A DNA stretch of 64,000 nt, from positions 1,280,001-1,344,000 of the forward strand of contig CAXWPH010000015.1 in assembly GCA_963666055.2 (NCBI GenBank). The letters run 5' to 3'. A model generated the notes under the pieces. The model was not told the origin of the DNA, ran no database searches, and saw only the letters and a list, made by a program, of their open reading frames with translations. Below, in pieces: positions 31,199 to 40,075 of the stretch. The DNA comes from Acidobacteriota bacterium. GTDB taxonomy: Bacteria; Acidobacteriota; UBA890; WLXD01. Each line of letters begins with the position of its first letter. The first letter of the stretch is position 1. The translations under genes were made by a program, and so were the position numbers.

Positions 31199-33858
31199 TG
31201 ATCGGCAAGACGCTCGGCCACTACGAGATCCTCGCCCCGCTTGGTGCAGGCGGCATGGGACAGGTGTATCGAGCCCGCGACACGACGCTGGATCGTGATG
31301 TCGCCATCAAGGTGCTGCCAGAGGACTTCGCCAGCGATGCTGGTCGGCTGGCTCGATTCGAGCGTGAAGCCAAGCTGCTTGCCTCCCTGAACCACCCCAA
31401 CATCGCGACGATCTTCGGCTTTGAGGAATCCGACGGTGTGCGTTTCATCGCCATGGAGCTGGTCGAGGGGCAGACTCTCGCGGAGCAGATCAACGCCTCT
31501 GGGCGCATCCCGGTCGCCGTGGCACTCGAAATCGCTCGTCAGATCGCCCTCGCGCTCGAAGCAGCTCACGAGGCCGGCGTTATCCATCGCGACCTGAAGC
31601 CGGACAACGTCAAGATCACGCTTGACTTCAAGGTCAAGGTGCTCGACTTCGGCCTGGCCAAAGCCTACACGTTAGACGGCACCGAGCCGTCGTCCGACCT
31701 GACCCTGTCACCCACCACGATGCAACCCACGGTCACCGGCGTGATCATGGGTACGGCTCCCTACATGAGCCCGGAGCAGGCACGGGGTCAGCCAGTCGAC
31801 AAGCGCACTGACATCTGGGCCTTCGGCTGTGTGCTCTACGAGATGCTGGCCGGCAAGCGTGCCTTCGATGGTAAGACCATCATCGACACCATGGCGGCGA
31901 TTCTCAAAGAGGAACCGGAATGGGGCAGTGTTCCAGACGAGGTGCCGTGGAGAGTCGTCGACCTGTTGCGGCTGTGCATGGTGAAGAATTCCGACCGACG
32001 GCTCCACGACATCGCCGATGCACGGATCTGGATCATCAACGCGATCGATGATCCGGACAGAGGCATCCCGCGACCAACGACCTCGGCAACAGACGCGGCC
32101 GGCGGTGGCGCCCGGCGCACGCCGCAGACGTGGATCGCCGCCGTCGCGCTGGCGGTGGCCACCCTTGCCGTCGCCTGGGGGCTTAGCCGCGGTGGTGAGG
32201 CGCGGCCGGGATTGGAGTTCGGTCCCACCCACCGGGTCACCGTAATCCCGGGACTCGAGGTCCACCCGGCCATCTCGCCCGATGGATCGATGGTTGCCTA
32301 CGCGGCGGGCGCTGCCGACGGGCGGATGCGCCTGTTCGTGCGCCAGCTCGCCGGCGGCAGGGCATTGGCCCTCACCGAGGGGCCGTGGGACGCTCAGCAG
32401 GAGGCACCGGCCTGGTCGCCCGATGGTACCCAGATCGCGTTCAACTCGGGCGGCAGGGTGTTCGTCGTACCCGCTTTCGGCGGAGTACCCCGGGAGCTCG
32501 TGGAGTCAGCGGATTGGGGAGGCGTGGCTTGGTCTCCGGACGGTGCCAGCATCGCCTTCGTACGCTCGGGTTCGTTGATGCGCCAGGAGATCGACGGCGG
32601 CGAGCTCCAGGAGCTGGCCTCGCCGCCAGTATCCAATGCACCGGCGTGGTCGCCCGATGGAGTCTGGATCGCCGTCGTATCGCGAACCCTGGGCTACGCC
32701 TTTGGCAACTTCGTGGGCAACATCGCGTCCAGCGCCATCTGGCTGATTTCGACGGAGGGAGGTGAGCCCGTTTTGGTGATTGATGACGGGCGGGTCAACG
32801 CCAGCCCCCAGTGGCTCCCGAGCTCCCGGGAGCTGTTGTTCGTCTCCGACCGAGACGGCAAGCTCGACCTGTACGGGATCACCATCGCGCCTTCGGGCGA
32901 GCCCACCGGGCCACCGCGGCGTCTCAGTACCGGGCTCGACGTTCATACCTTCACGCTCTCCGCTGACGGAAGCCGGTTGGCGTACGCGGAGTTGGAACAA
33001 CGTTCAAACATCTGGTCCATCGATATTCCGGGGAGCGACGCCCCCGTCTCGATCGTAGAGGCACAGCCCGTGACTGAGGGCAGCCAGGCTATCGAGGGGA
33101 TTGCGGTCTCCCCAGACCGGGAGTGGCTTGCCTTCGATTCGGATCGCTGGGGTGACTCGGACATATACCGCATGCCGCTGGCAGGGGGACCGCTGGAGCA
33201 GCTGACAGACGATCCCGCCGACGACTTCATGCCGGCTTTCTCGCCGGACGGATCGGAGATCGTCTTCTACTCGTTCCGCAATGGCAGCCGCGATCTCTAC
33301 GTCATGTCGGCGACCGGGACCCGCGAAAGACAGGTCACCGCTGGGCCGGCGCAGGACCGCTACCCCCACTGGTCCCCCGACGGCAACAGTCTGGTGTTCC
33401 ACTCGGATCGAACGGGTCGGCAAGAGATCTGGATGGTCGCCCGCGAAGAGCGCGACGGCGATTGGGCGGAACCGGTGCAGCTCACTACCGACGGTGGCGT
33501 TCACGCCCGGTGGTCGCCGCTCGGGGACACCGTCGCGTACGGCACACCTAGTGGCCTGTGGCTCATCCCCGTCGTGGGCGGGGCCGCCCGGCTGCTGGTT
33601 GGTGAGAGTTCGACCTTCCCCCCGTTCCCGAACTGGTCACGAGACGGGCAGACCATCTATTACACGGTGGTCGATGCTCGGTTGCGGGCGCAGTTCTGGG
33701 CGGTTCCCGCCGCTGGCGGTGAGCCACGCCTGTTGGTGTTCGACGACCCCTCAATGCCGTCGTACAGATCGCATTGGGCCACGGACGGCGAGCGCTTCTA
33801 CTTCACCATCGCCGAGATGGAGAGCGATATCTGGGTGATCGAGCTTGGCTCGCGCTGA
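31195..33858 (+). CDS. Ser/Thr protein kinase with TM helix and TolB-like PD40 propellers
   Basis: GAGGMG, VAIK, HRDLKPDN, DFGLAK, SPE and DIWAFG motifs; WSPDG repeats; start overlaps the upstream stop. Confidence 0.95.
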   Translation: MMIGKTLGHYEILAPLGAGGMGQVYRARDTTLDRDVAIKVLPEDFASDAGRLARFEREAKLLASLNHPNIATIFGFEESDGVRFIAMELVEGQTLAEQINASGRIPVAVALEIARQIALALEAAHEAGVIHRDLKPDNVKITLDFKVKVLDFGLAKAYTLDGTEPSSDLTLSPTTMQPTVTGVIMGTAPYMSPEQARGQPVDKRTDIWAFGCVLYEMLAGKRAFDGKTIIDTMAAILKEEPEWGSVPDEVPWRVVDLLRLCMVKNSDRRLHDIADARIWIINAIDDPDRGIPRPTTSATDAAGGGARRTPQTWIAAVALAVATLAVAWGLSRGGEARPGLEFGPTHRVTVIPGLEVHPAISPDGSMVAYAAGAADGRMRLFVRQLAGGRALALTEGPWDAQQEAPAWSPDGTQIAFNSGGRVFVVPAFGGVPRELVESADWGGVAWSPDGASIAFVRSGSLMRQEIDGGELQELASPPVSNAPAWSPDGVWIAVVSRTLGYAFGNFVGNIASSAIWLISTEGGEPVLVIDDGRVNASPQWLPSSRELLFVSDRDGKLDLYGITIAPSGEPTGPPRRLSTGLDVHTFTLSADGSRLAYAELEQRSNIWSIDIPGSDAPVSIVEAQPVTEGSQAIEGIAVSPDREWLAFDSDRWGDSDIYRMPLAGGPLEQLTDDPADDFMPAFSPDGSEIVFYSFRNGSRDLYVMSATGTRERQVTAGPAQDRYPHWSPDGNSLVFHSDRTGRQEIWMVAREERDGDWAEPVQLTTDGGVHARWSPLGDTVAYGTPSGLWLIPVVGGAARLLVGESSTFPPFPNWSRDGQTIYYTVVDARLRAQFWAVPAAGGEPRLLVFDDPSMPSYRSHWATDGERFYFTIAEMESDIWVIELGSR

Positions 33859-33868
33859 ATCCGGTTCC

Positions 33869-34241
33869 GAGGAGCTGAAGCGGCTCGTGCCGACGGATCA
33901 GTAGAGACGCGGGAGGTGTTTCATGCACGAGCACACGAGCCTATCCAAGCTTCCTCCGTTGTGGTTCGGGAGGGTGAGCCGAGTGGTACTTGGGGTGGCG
34001 ACGCTTGTCGGGCCGTGGAACTTGGCGGCATCCCTTTCATCGCGTCGGTACTTCTCGGTTTGTCGTTCCTAGTTGGAGGGCTGATGGGCAATCCTGGCTG
34101 TGAGCTTTCAGCGCTTCCCAACTTGGTCTTGCCGTCAGACAAGCGTGTGCACTTTCCCTGAATAATCTGGACCCCCTTGGACAGGGTGGAGCATGCGTTG
34201 AGGAAGAGGAGCTGAAGCAGCTCGTGCCGACGGAGCAGTAG
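33869..34241 (+). repeat. Two 36-bp direct copies of the kinase 3' end (33869-33904, 34206-34241) bracketing a small gene
   Basis: 34/36 identical. Confidence 0.9.
33923..34215 (+). pseudogene. Small membrane protein (DUF6410-like, from memory) with a frameshift near 34010 and an in-frame TGA at 34159
   Basis: RBS GGAGGT; MHEH...FGRVSRVVLGVATL / ...GNPGCELSALPNL...HFP*IIWTPLDRVEH. Confidence 0.55.
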
Positions 34242-34347
34242 CGCGCTCAGGCGAGTCTCGGGGGAGCTAGCGTGCTCAGATTTCCTATTGGCGGGAGCGC
34301 GTATTCGCACGAGTACCGGCGTCCACCTGTGCGCCGTCCACCCTAAA

Positions 34348-34468
34348 ACAGGTGTGGTGTCCAATAGGTGTCCATCAACAGGCGAAAAGCGGCGAAATCC
34401 GGCTACAAACGGCAAACTGCTGTCGCTACCTAATGCGCCGTAAGTTGTTGATAACACTGGGAATCAAA
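34348..34468. other. att-like arm: GGTGTCCA tandem repeat and IHF consensus site
   Basis: GGTGTCCA-ATA-GGTGTCCA; TATCAACAACTTA on the minus strand at 34441-34453 fits WATCAANNNNTTR. Confidence 0.65.
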
Positions 34469-34544
34469 GGCGCGCCCGGGAGGATTCGAACCTCCGACCT
34501 GCGGATTAGAAGTCCGCTGCTCTATCCAGCTGAGCTACGGGCGC
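34469..34544 (-). tRNA. tRNA-Arg (anticodon TCT); ends CCT rather than CCA
   Basis: GCGCCCGTAGCTCAGCTGGATAGAGCA-GCGGA-CTTCTAA-TCCGC-AGGTC-GGAGGTTCGAATCCTCC-CGGGCGCG forms a cloverleaf. Confidence 0.95.
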
Positions 34545-34678
34545 CCTTTATTCATCGGCACTTACAAGCCGCACGGTGGTTTCGTGAGGCCGATTATGGC
34601 CAAACTGTGCCCGCAGTTTAGCAAGAAGTCGGGGTAGCTCCGGCGCAGGAGCTGACCTAGCTGGTCGTTCCGCCAACC

Positions 34679-34752
34679 TGGATCCCCAGCCGTCGCGGCG
34701 ATAGGCTTCAGGCGCCCACCCACTCCTCTGTGGTAGCGCCATGGGACCCAGC
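34679..34752 (+). promoter_or_regulatory. Kinase promoter and leader retained upstream of the flavoprotein gene
   Basis: TGGATC-N17-TAGGCT...GGTAGCGCCATGGGACCC. Confidence 0.75.
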
Positions 34753-34854
34753 TCGCCAGAGACGCCGGGCGGTTGGCGCGAAACTAGCGCGACACGTGAT
34801 TCTTCCAGACGACGATCGTAGTCCCGTCAGGTTTCCAGGAAAGGCACAACAGCG

Positions 34855-36771
34855 ATGAGCAAGATTCTGAGAAGGGATTTCATCAACGGAGCTCTAATGG
34901 TGGCAGGAACATCCATGTTCCCGTTCGGAGGCAAGGAGGACTCTGTTCTGGCCGCCCTCCAAGCACCGTATTACCCGCCAGCGGAAACAGGACTAAGGGG
35001 TAGCCACCCAGGATCGAACACCCACGCCCATGCGCAAGCATTCCATGGCAAGTCCGATTGGGGACCAACCACCAGGCTCAAAGAAGAGTACGACCTGGTT
35101 GTCGTAGGAGGCGGGATCAGCGGACTGTCGGCTGCCTATTTCTATCAACAAGTTCACGGACGGAACAAGAAGGTACTTGTACTCGACAATCACGATGATT
35201 TCGGTGGCCACGCCAGAAGAAATGAACACACAGTTGGGGGTGACACGAGAATCATCCGCGGTGGATCGGAGAGCTTAGAGAGTCCACATGCATTCAGTGA
35301 CGTCGCGAAAGGACTGCTAGACGACCTAAGCGTAGCCCTGGATCGATTCAACACCGCCTATGACTTCGACTTCTTCAAGCGACACGATTTGGGGGCCGTC
35401 ACCTATTTCAACAAGAGAGTCTTTGGCGAAGACAAAGTCGTAAAGCATCCGTATTGTGGCTACCCATCGTTTATCCAAGGGCTCAAGCCGCCAGAACTGG
35501 CCCATGAAGAGGCGGTACAACAAGCTCCTTTGAGCGAGAAAGGCAAGGAGCAATTGCTCACCGTCCTCAACGGTGGTCTACACGTATTACCGGTGCCCCA
35601 AGAGGAATCACAGGACTACATCTCCACCCATTCCTACTTCGATTATCTCAAGAGCACCCTGGGTGTCGACGATCCCGGGGTCCTACGGATGGCCAGACAT
35701 TCCGTTGTCGATGTCGACGGGGCGGGTGGGGACGTCATGACCATATTGGAAGCGCTGGAATCTGGGGCCATGGGTCTGGATCCGTCGTCACTCGAAGATG
35801 TAATGGACGAAGAGGAATATAGAAACTACATAGAGAGCTATGGGTACCTATACGACGAGGGGGACCCATACATACATCACTTTCCCGATGGCAATGCAAC
35901 GATTGCACGCCTGCTGGTACGAAAGATGATTTCTGGCGTTGGAACAGGGAACAACGCTGACGACATCGTACTATCGAGATTCAACTATGACGAGCTAGAC
36001 AAAGCCAGCAACGCCGTACGAATCAGATTGAACAGTACGGTCGTCAATGCGGTCCATCGCGGCGATCCCGACAGCTCGAGTGAAGTAACCGTCACCTACA
36101 TCAATGACAACAAGTCCTATCAAGTAACAGGAAGAGCTGTCGTAATGGCCTGTTACAACATGATGATTCCCTATCTGGTCCCCGATCTTCCAGCCGATCA
36201 GGCAGCTGCCTTGAAGCGTCTCGTGAAGCTCCCCATACAGATCACTACCGTCGGGTTACGGAACTGGAGGGCAATGAAAGAGTTGGGGATCGGAATGGCC
36301 ATGTCGCCCGGGAACATGCACCAAGTGGTGGGGATGGACTATCCGATTAGCATGGGTGGCTATGAGTTCACCAGCACGCCGGACGACCCCTGTGCCATCT
36401 ACATGACGAGTTGTCCAGTAGGAGAAACCGTTGGCGCACCTCCCGTCGAACAATTCCGCGAAGCAAGACACAGAATGCTGGCGTTAGAGTTCAACGATTA
36501 CGAAACCGAAGTCAGGGAACACCTGAGTGGCATGCTCCCAAAGAACTTATTTGAGTTCGACAGAGATGTTGAAAGTATTTCGGTAAATCGTTGGGCGCAC
36601 GGTTACGCTCATAATGGCTATGCACTCTATGACCCGGAAATGCCAGAAATGGCACGAATGGGGCGGCAACCCTTTGGCCGAATTACCATTGCCAACATTG
36701 ACTCTGCGGTTAGTTCTTATGTGAACGTTGCAATAGATCAGGCATGGAGAGCAGTGAGGGAATTGGGATGA
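34855..36771 (+). CDS. Spermidine dehydrogenase-like Tat-exported FAD oxidoreductase
   Basis: RRDFING, GLRGSHPGS, GGGISGLSAAYFY and NRWAHGYA motifs; visibly more AT-rich than its flanks. Confidence 0.85.
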   Translation: MSKILRRDFINGALMVAGTSMFPFGGKEDSVLAALQAPYYPPAETGLRGSHPGSNTHAHAQAFHGKSDWGPTTRLKEEYDLVVVGGGISGLSAAYFYQQVHGRNKKVLVLDNHDDFGGHARRNEHTVGGDTRIIRGGSESLESPHAFSDVAKGLLDDLSVALDRFNTAYDFDFFKRHDLGAVTYFNKRVFGEDKVVKHPYCGYPSFIQGLKPPELAHEEAVQQAPLSEKGKEQLLTVLNGGLHVLPVPQEESQDYISTHSYFDYLKSTLGVDDPGVLRMARHSVVDVDGAGGDVMTILEALESGAMGLDPSSLEDVMDEEEYRNYIESYGYLYDEGDPYIHHFPDGNATIARLLVRKMISGVGTGNNADDIVLSRFNYDELDKASNAVRIRLNSTVVNAVHRGDPDSSSEVTVTYINDNKSYQVTGRAVVMACYNMMIPYLVPDLPADQAAALKRLVKLPIQITTVGLRNWRAMKELGIGMAMSPGNMHQVVGMDYPISMGGYEFTSTPDDPCAIYMTSCPVGETVGAPPVEQFREARHRMLALEFNDYETEVREHLSGMLPKNLFEFDRDVESISVNRWAHGYAHNGYALYDPEMPEMARMGRQPFGRITIANIDSAVSSYVNVAIDQAWRAVRELG

Positions 36772-36962
36772 AACGCTTAGGCGGGCCGGGGAGAGCCAAC
36801 CTGTAGACCGGGCGCTGATCCGGTGCCGGCGATGTTGCTCCCGAATGTGCCCAGGATTGGTCCCGCGAGGAACCAACGAGCCCCGATTGGGCAGCACCAT
36901 GTTCATCGGCGAGCGTCACCTCCAGCGCATGGGGGTTGAAGCTGGCTGATGGTCTTGATGGG

Positions 36963-36974
36963 ACGGCCTGCTAG
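36963..36974 (-). mobile_element. Short IS5/IS1182-like end at a CTAG (CTAGCAGGCCGT)
   Basis: Same 12 nt as the copies at 48345, 52457 and 61527; its TAG is the sulfatase stop. Confidence 0.45.
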
Positions 36975-38545
36975 TCCCTCTCTCTAAAGGCTGGTCTTAC
37001 TTCTGCCTGTTCCTCCCACCGGTCACCGTAAAGCGACTTGAAAGCCTGTGCGTAGTCCGTGGATCCCGTTACGGTTCCGCCTCGCCAAAGATCGTACTCA
37101 ACATCGGAATGGGCGTCGAAGAATGCCGTGAGTCTTCCATCCAGTTCCGAAACTACTTCGGCGTAGTCAGGACTCCCGTATAGATCGTGCATCTGCTCAG
37201 GATCGTCTTGTAGATCGTAGAGCTCGTGCTCACCCGTACCTTTCAGCCGTTTCCAATATGAATACCGATCGGTTCTGATTGCACGGGTCGCCTGTTGATC
37301 CATATACACGGCGTCGGCCCACGCCTCGAGCGTCCCACCTCGTAGGTGGTCAGCGAAACTCCTTCCAGGAGAGTCAGCTATTTCCACATCCGCAAACCCA
37401 GCCAGATCAAGCACTGTGGGCATGAGGTCGTATTGCCCAACGAGCAGATCACTCACTTGCCCTTTCTTGATGTGTCCTGGATAGCGAGCAATGAACGGTA
37501 TGTTCATCGGCGTATCGTACAGACCTGCCGGAAAAGCGTAGTCAGTATGACCCCAAAGTCCATGCTGTCCGAAGAAATTTCCCTGATCACTCGTGTAAAT
37601 CACTAACGTGTCGTCTTCGAGTTGATTTTCCTTCAGTGCTGCCAATAGACGGCCGACACCTTCGTCTACCATCGTGTTTTGTGACGCGACATTAGCCATT
37701 GTTGCTTGGTCGTTGTGCATGCGTGCCAAGCTGGCGTACCACCCGGAGTACGGTGGCCTTAACCGCTCGAGTATCCTGTCGTTGATCCTGTTTCTAGGAA
37801 ACGAAGGAAACTCTTTGTCCTTGTAGTACGCATAATGAGGGTTCTTGGCGGGACCGAGGTTTGTTGGTGGGTTCAGATAAGGACCGTTGAAGGTAACCAG
37901 CAGGAAGAAGGGCCTCTGGTGATCATAGTCCTCCAAGTATGCGACAGCTTTGTCGGCAAAGAACTCGACGCTGTGCTTATCCTCTAATCTGTACGTTCTG
38001 GTGTTGTCATTGATCTCATTGGACCAGAAATCGACGGTATGGCCCAGATTGAACGTCACCCAATAATCGAACCAGTCGTCCGGCGGACGTGGCTGACCTA
38101 GGTGCCATTTGCCGATCAATGATGTCTGATATCCTCGAGTTCTCAGCGTGTACGGTAATGTTCTGTACTCTCTGATCGCATTCCAATCGTCGGGCCAATT
38201 CTCCATCTTTGCGTCATCTAGCCAGTCGTGAACGCCATGTTGAGAAGGTAGGAGCCCGGTCAGCAGTGTTGCGCGTGTTGGGGAACACATACCGTGTACG
38301 GCAAAGGCACGGGTAAGACGCATTCCTTCGTTGGCTAGCCGATCAATATTGGGTGTCCTGACATCCGGGTTTCCATAAACGCCGAGGATCGAGGCGGGTT
38401 GGTTGTCGACGACTATGTAGAGGATATTCGGCTTGCCTTGGGCTTCGGCGAACATTGGAAGAGAGAAGAAGAGAAAAGAGACAAACAAAAATGGCGTCCG
38501 ACGAGTGCCGAAACGACGACTCGGCGCTGATATCTGATCGCTCAT
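36971..38545 (-). CDS. Cys-type sulfatase, exported
   Basis: CSPTRATLLTG, GKWHLG and TSDQG motifs. Confidence 0.95.
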   Translation of the reverse strand: MSDQISAPSRRFGTRRTPFLFVSFLFFSLPMFAEAQGKPNILYIVVDNQPASILGVYGNPDVRTPNIDRLANEGMRLTRAFAVHGMCSPTRATLLTGLLPSQHGVHDWLDDAKMENWPDDWNAIREYRTLPYTLRTRGYQTSLIGKWHLGQPRPPDDWFDYWVTFNLGHTVDFWSNEINDNTRTYRLEDKHSVEFFADKAVAYLEDYDHQRPFFLLVTFNGPYLNPPTNLGPAKNPHYAYYKDKEFPSFPRNRINDRILERLRPPYSGWYASLARMHNDQATMANVASQNTMVDEGVGRLLAALKENQLEDDTLVIYTSDQGNFFGQHGLWGHTDYAFPAGLYDTPMNIPFIARYPGHIKKGQVSDLLVGQYDLMPTVLDLAGFADVEIADSPGRSFADHLRGGTLEAWADAVYMDQQATRAIRTDRYSYWKRLKGTGEHELYDLQDDPEQMHDLYGSPDYAEVVSELDGRLTAFFDAHSDVEYDLWRGGTVTGSTDYAQAFKSLYGDRWEEQAEVRPAFRERD

Positions 38546-38818
38546 GTTCAGTTCCTCCGCAATGCGTCAGCGGGAATGTCCCAGATAGACACCGCCGACG
38601 CAGCTACTCCCGTCGGTGAGGTGAAGATGCCTGGATGCAATCACAGGTGCACTGTCTTCTCCAGGGATCCTCTACCCGATCGCCGGCCGGCGGCCGGCAT
38701 CAGCGGTATGCAGAACTGCTAATTGCAGGCGGTGGACTGCGCCCCGCCGCGCAGCTCGGCCCCTTTCTGACGGATCCGTCGGCACGGCCTCCGGCTGCCC
38801 CCTCCCGACTGGACCGTC

Positions 38819-38931
38819 GTCAGTTCACAGGCGCGAAACTGATTCTCTGCGCCTCGGATAGCCGGGAGGACAGATCATCCGGCCCAGCTCGCCGCTCGCG
38901 CGCCCGCGGCATCTCCGCTGTGTGAACTGAC
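38819..38931. repeat. 113-bp MITE-like element, copy 2, with perfect 11-bp TIR
   Basis: GTCAGTTCACA...TGTGAACTGAC. Confidence 0.8.
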
Positions 38932-38936
38932 CTATT

Positions 38937-38981
38937 GTGGGTAGTTTCGCGCACCGTGGACCGTCGCAAGCTCTGGCGATA
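38937..38981 (+). repeat. Truncated copy of the kinase promoter region
   Basis: GGGTAGTTTCGCGCACCGTGGACCGTCGCAAGCTCTGGCGATA aligns to about 22058-22100. Confidence 0.7.
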
Positions 38982-39087
38982 CGGGTACTGGGGACGGAAA
39001 GTGAAGTCGTATCGCTGTGCGGCGATCTGCTGGGGCGTCGCGTTCGTTGCGTTCCTTATCGGAGGCGGTGCCGGCCGACTCAGCAGG

Positions 39088-39333
39088 TTACAAGTCCAGG
39101 TCCCCGAGCTTCGTGCCCGTGCCTTGGGCAAGGCTACGTCGAGCCTTCTCGATCCGCGCCAAGAAGCGCGGATCATTCTCCAGCTGATAATCGAACCAGT
39201 CTTCCTCGGTCCCGAACCCGACCAATACCCCCGCGGGGCGGCCATGGCGTGTGATCACGACCTCTTCGTGCTCGGCAAGCCGCAGCACGCGCGATAGGTC
39301 GTCCTTCACTTTGGAAAGCGCGATCTTCTTCAT
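39088..39333 (-). CDS. Phd/YefM-family antitoxin
   Basis: VKDDLSRVL...EEVVITRHGRPAGVL; start overlaps the toxin stop. Confidence 0.9.
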   Translation of the reverse strand: MKKIALSKVKDDLSRVLRLAEHEEVVITRHGRPAGVLVGFGTEEDWFDYQLENDPRFLARIEKARRSLAQGTGTKLGDLDL

Positions 39334-39623
39334 TGGGCTTCTCCGAGTCTGCTGAGCCAGTCAGCAGCATCACGCTTGGCAACTACCGCAAGCACGCGTA
39401 CTTGCTGGTCGACAACGTCATAGAACACCTGCACTTCGTCGATCCTCAGTCTGAACTGCGGCTTCCGCAACCCGCGAAGCCGTTTGATCCGACTCTTGCT
39501 CTGCTTCCGTGGCTCGTGGCGCAGGTGAGTCTCTATTGCGTCCCGTACCCGCGCTCGAACATTCGCCTTGAGCTGTCCGAGGTCATCGACAGCCTCCTGG
39601 GCCAGAATGATCTCGTGTCTCAT
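39330..39623 (-). CDS. RelE/ParE-family toxin, upstream of its antitoxin
   Basis: IKRLRG...FRLRIDEVQVFYDV; palindrome ATTCTAGCTAGAAT at 39633-39646 in the promoter. Confidence 0.85.
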   Translation of the reverse strand: MRHEIILAQEAVDDLGQLKANVRARVRDAIETHLRHEPRKQSKSRIKRLRGLRKPQFRLRIDEVQVFYDVVDQQVRVLAVVAKRDAADWLSRLGEAQ

Positions 39624-39739
39624 TCTGGCTATATTCTAGCTAGAATTTTCGAGTAACGGTAGTAGGCATTCTCGCTGCCGGTGTGTCTCGAGCGTTTACG
39701 AACCGCGGTAGGATCCCGACACTCCCATCGGCGCACTTC

Positions 39740-39884
39740 GCCTATTTCTTGCCTAACTCTGTGCAAAGAGCGTCGGATTCTGGTTGTTTCTCTTTGTATC
39801 TAATTGTACGCGTGCAGTCGGAACCCACTGCGAATACAAAGGAAACGAGCGAGATACAACCAGATACAAACGGGCGGCTTTGAC
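39740..39884 (-). repeat. Right 145-bp inverted arm
   Basis: Inverted partner of 8260-8404. Confidence 0.85.
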
Positions 39885-39923
39885 TTAGAAGTCCGCTGCT
39901 CTATCCAGCTGAGCTACGGGCGC
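39885..39923 (-). repeat. 5' half of tRNA-Arg through the anticodon loop
   Basis: Identical to 34506-34544; IHF-like GATCAATAACTTA at 39934-39946. Confidence 0.9.
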
Positions 39924-40075
39924 GAGTGTCTAAGATCAATAACTTAGGCCGTTGTTGGCCTGGCAAGACGAGACGGATTCGGGACATTGCCTACGAGTTG
40001 ATCGCCCACGAACCCAGACATGTCGACCATTTGACCACCAGGACAGCGGCCCAACCATCTTCGGAGGTCTCACCG

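Larger units (their letters stand above)
8253..39891. mobile_element. Putative 31.6-kb integrative element in the tRNA-Arg anticodon loop; no integrase seen
   Basis: 7-bp direct repeat TTAGAAG at 8253-8259 and 39885-39891, complementary tRNA halves outside, inverted arms inside. Confidence 0.7.

Noticed and set aside
34352-34621. Small ORFs over the tRNA/att region (also 8022-8204)
   Set aside because: Translations of tRNA and att arm DNA.
34589-34632. TTGCTA...CATAAT as the tRNA promoter
   Set aside because: The spacer is 20 bp, too long for a sigma70 promoter.
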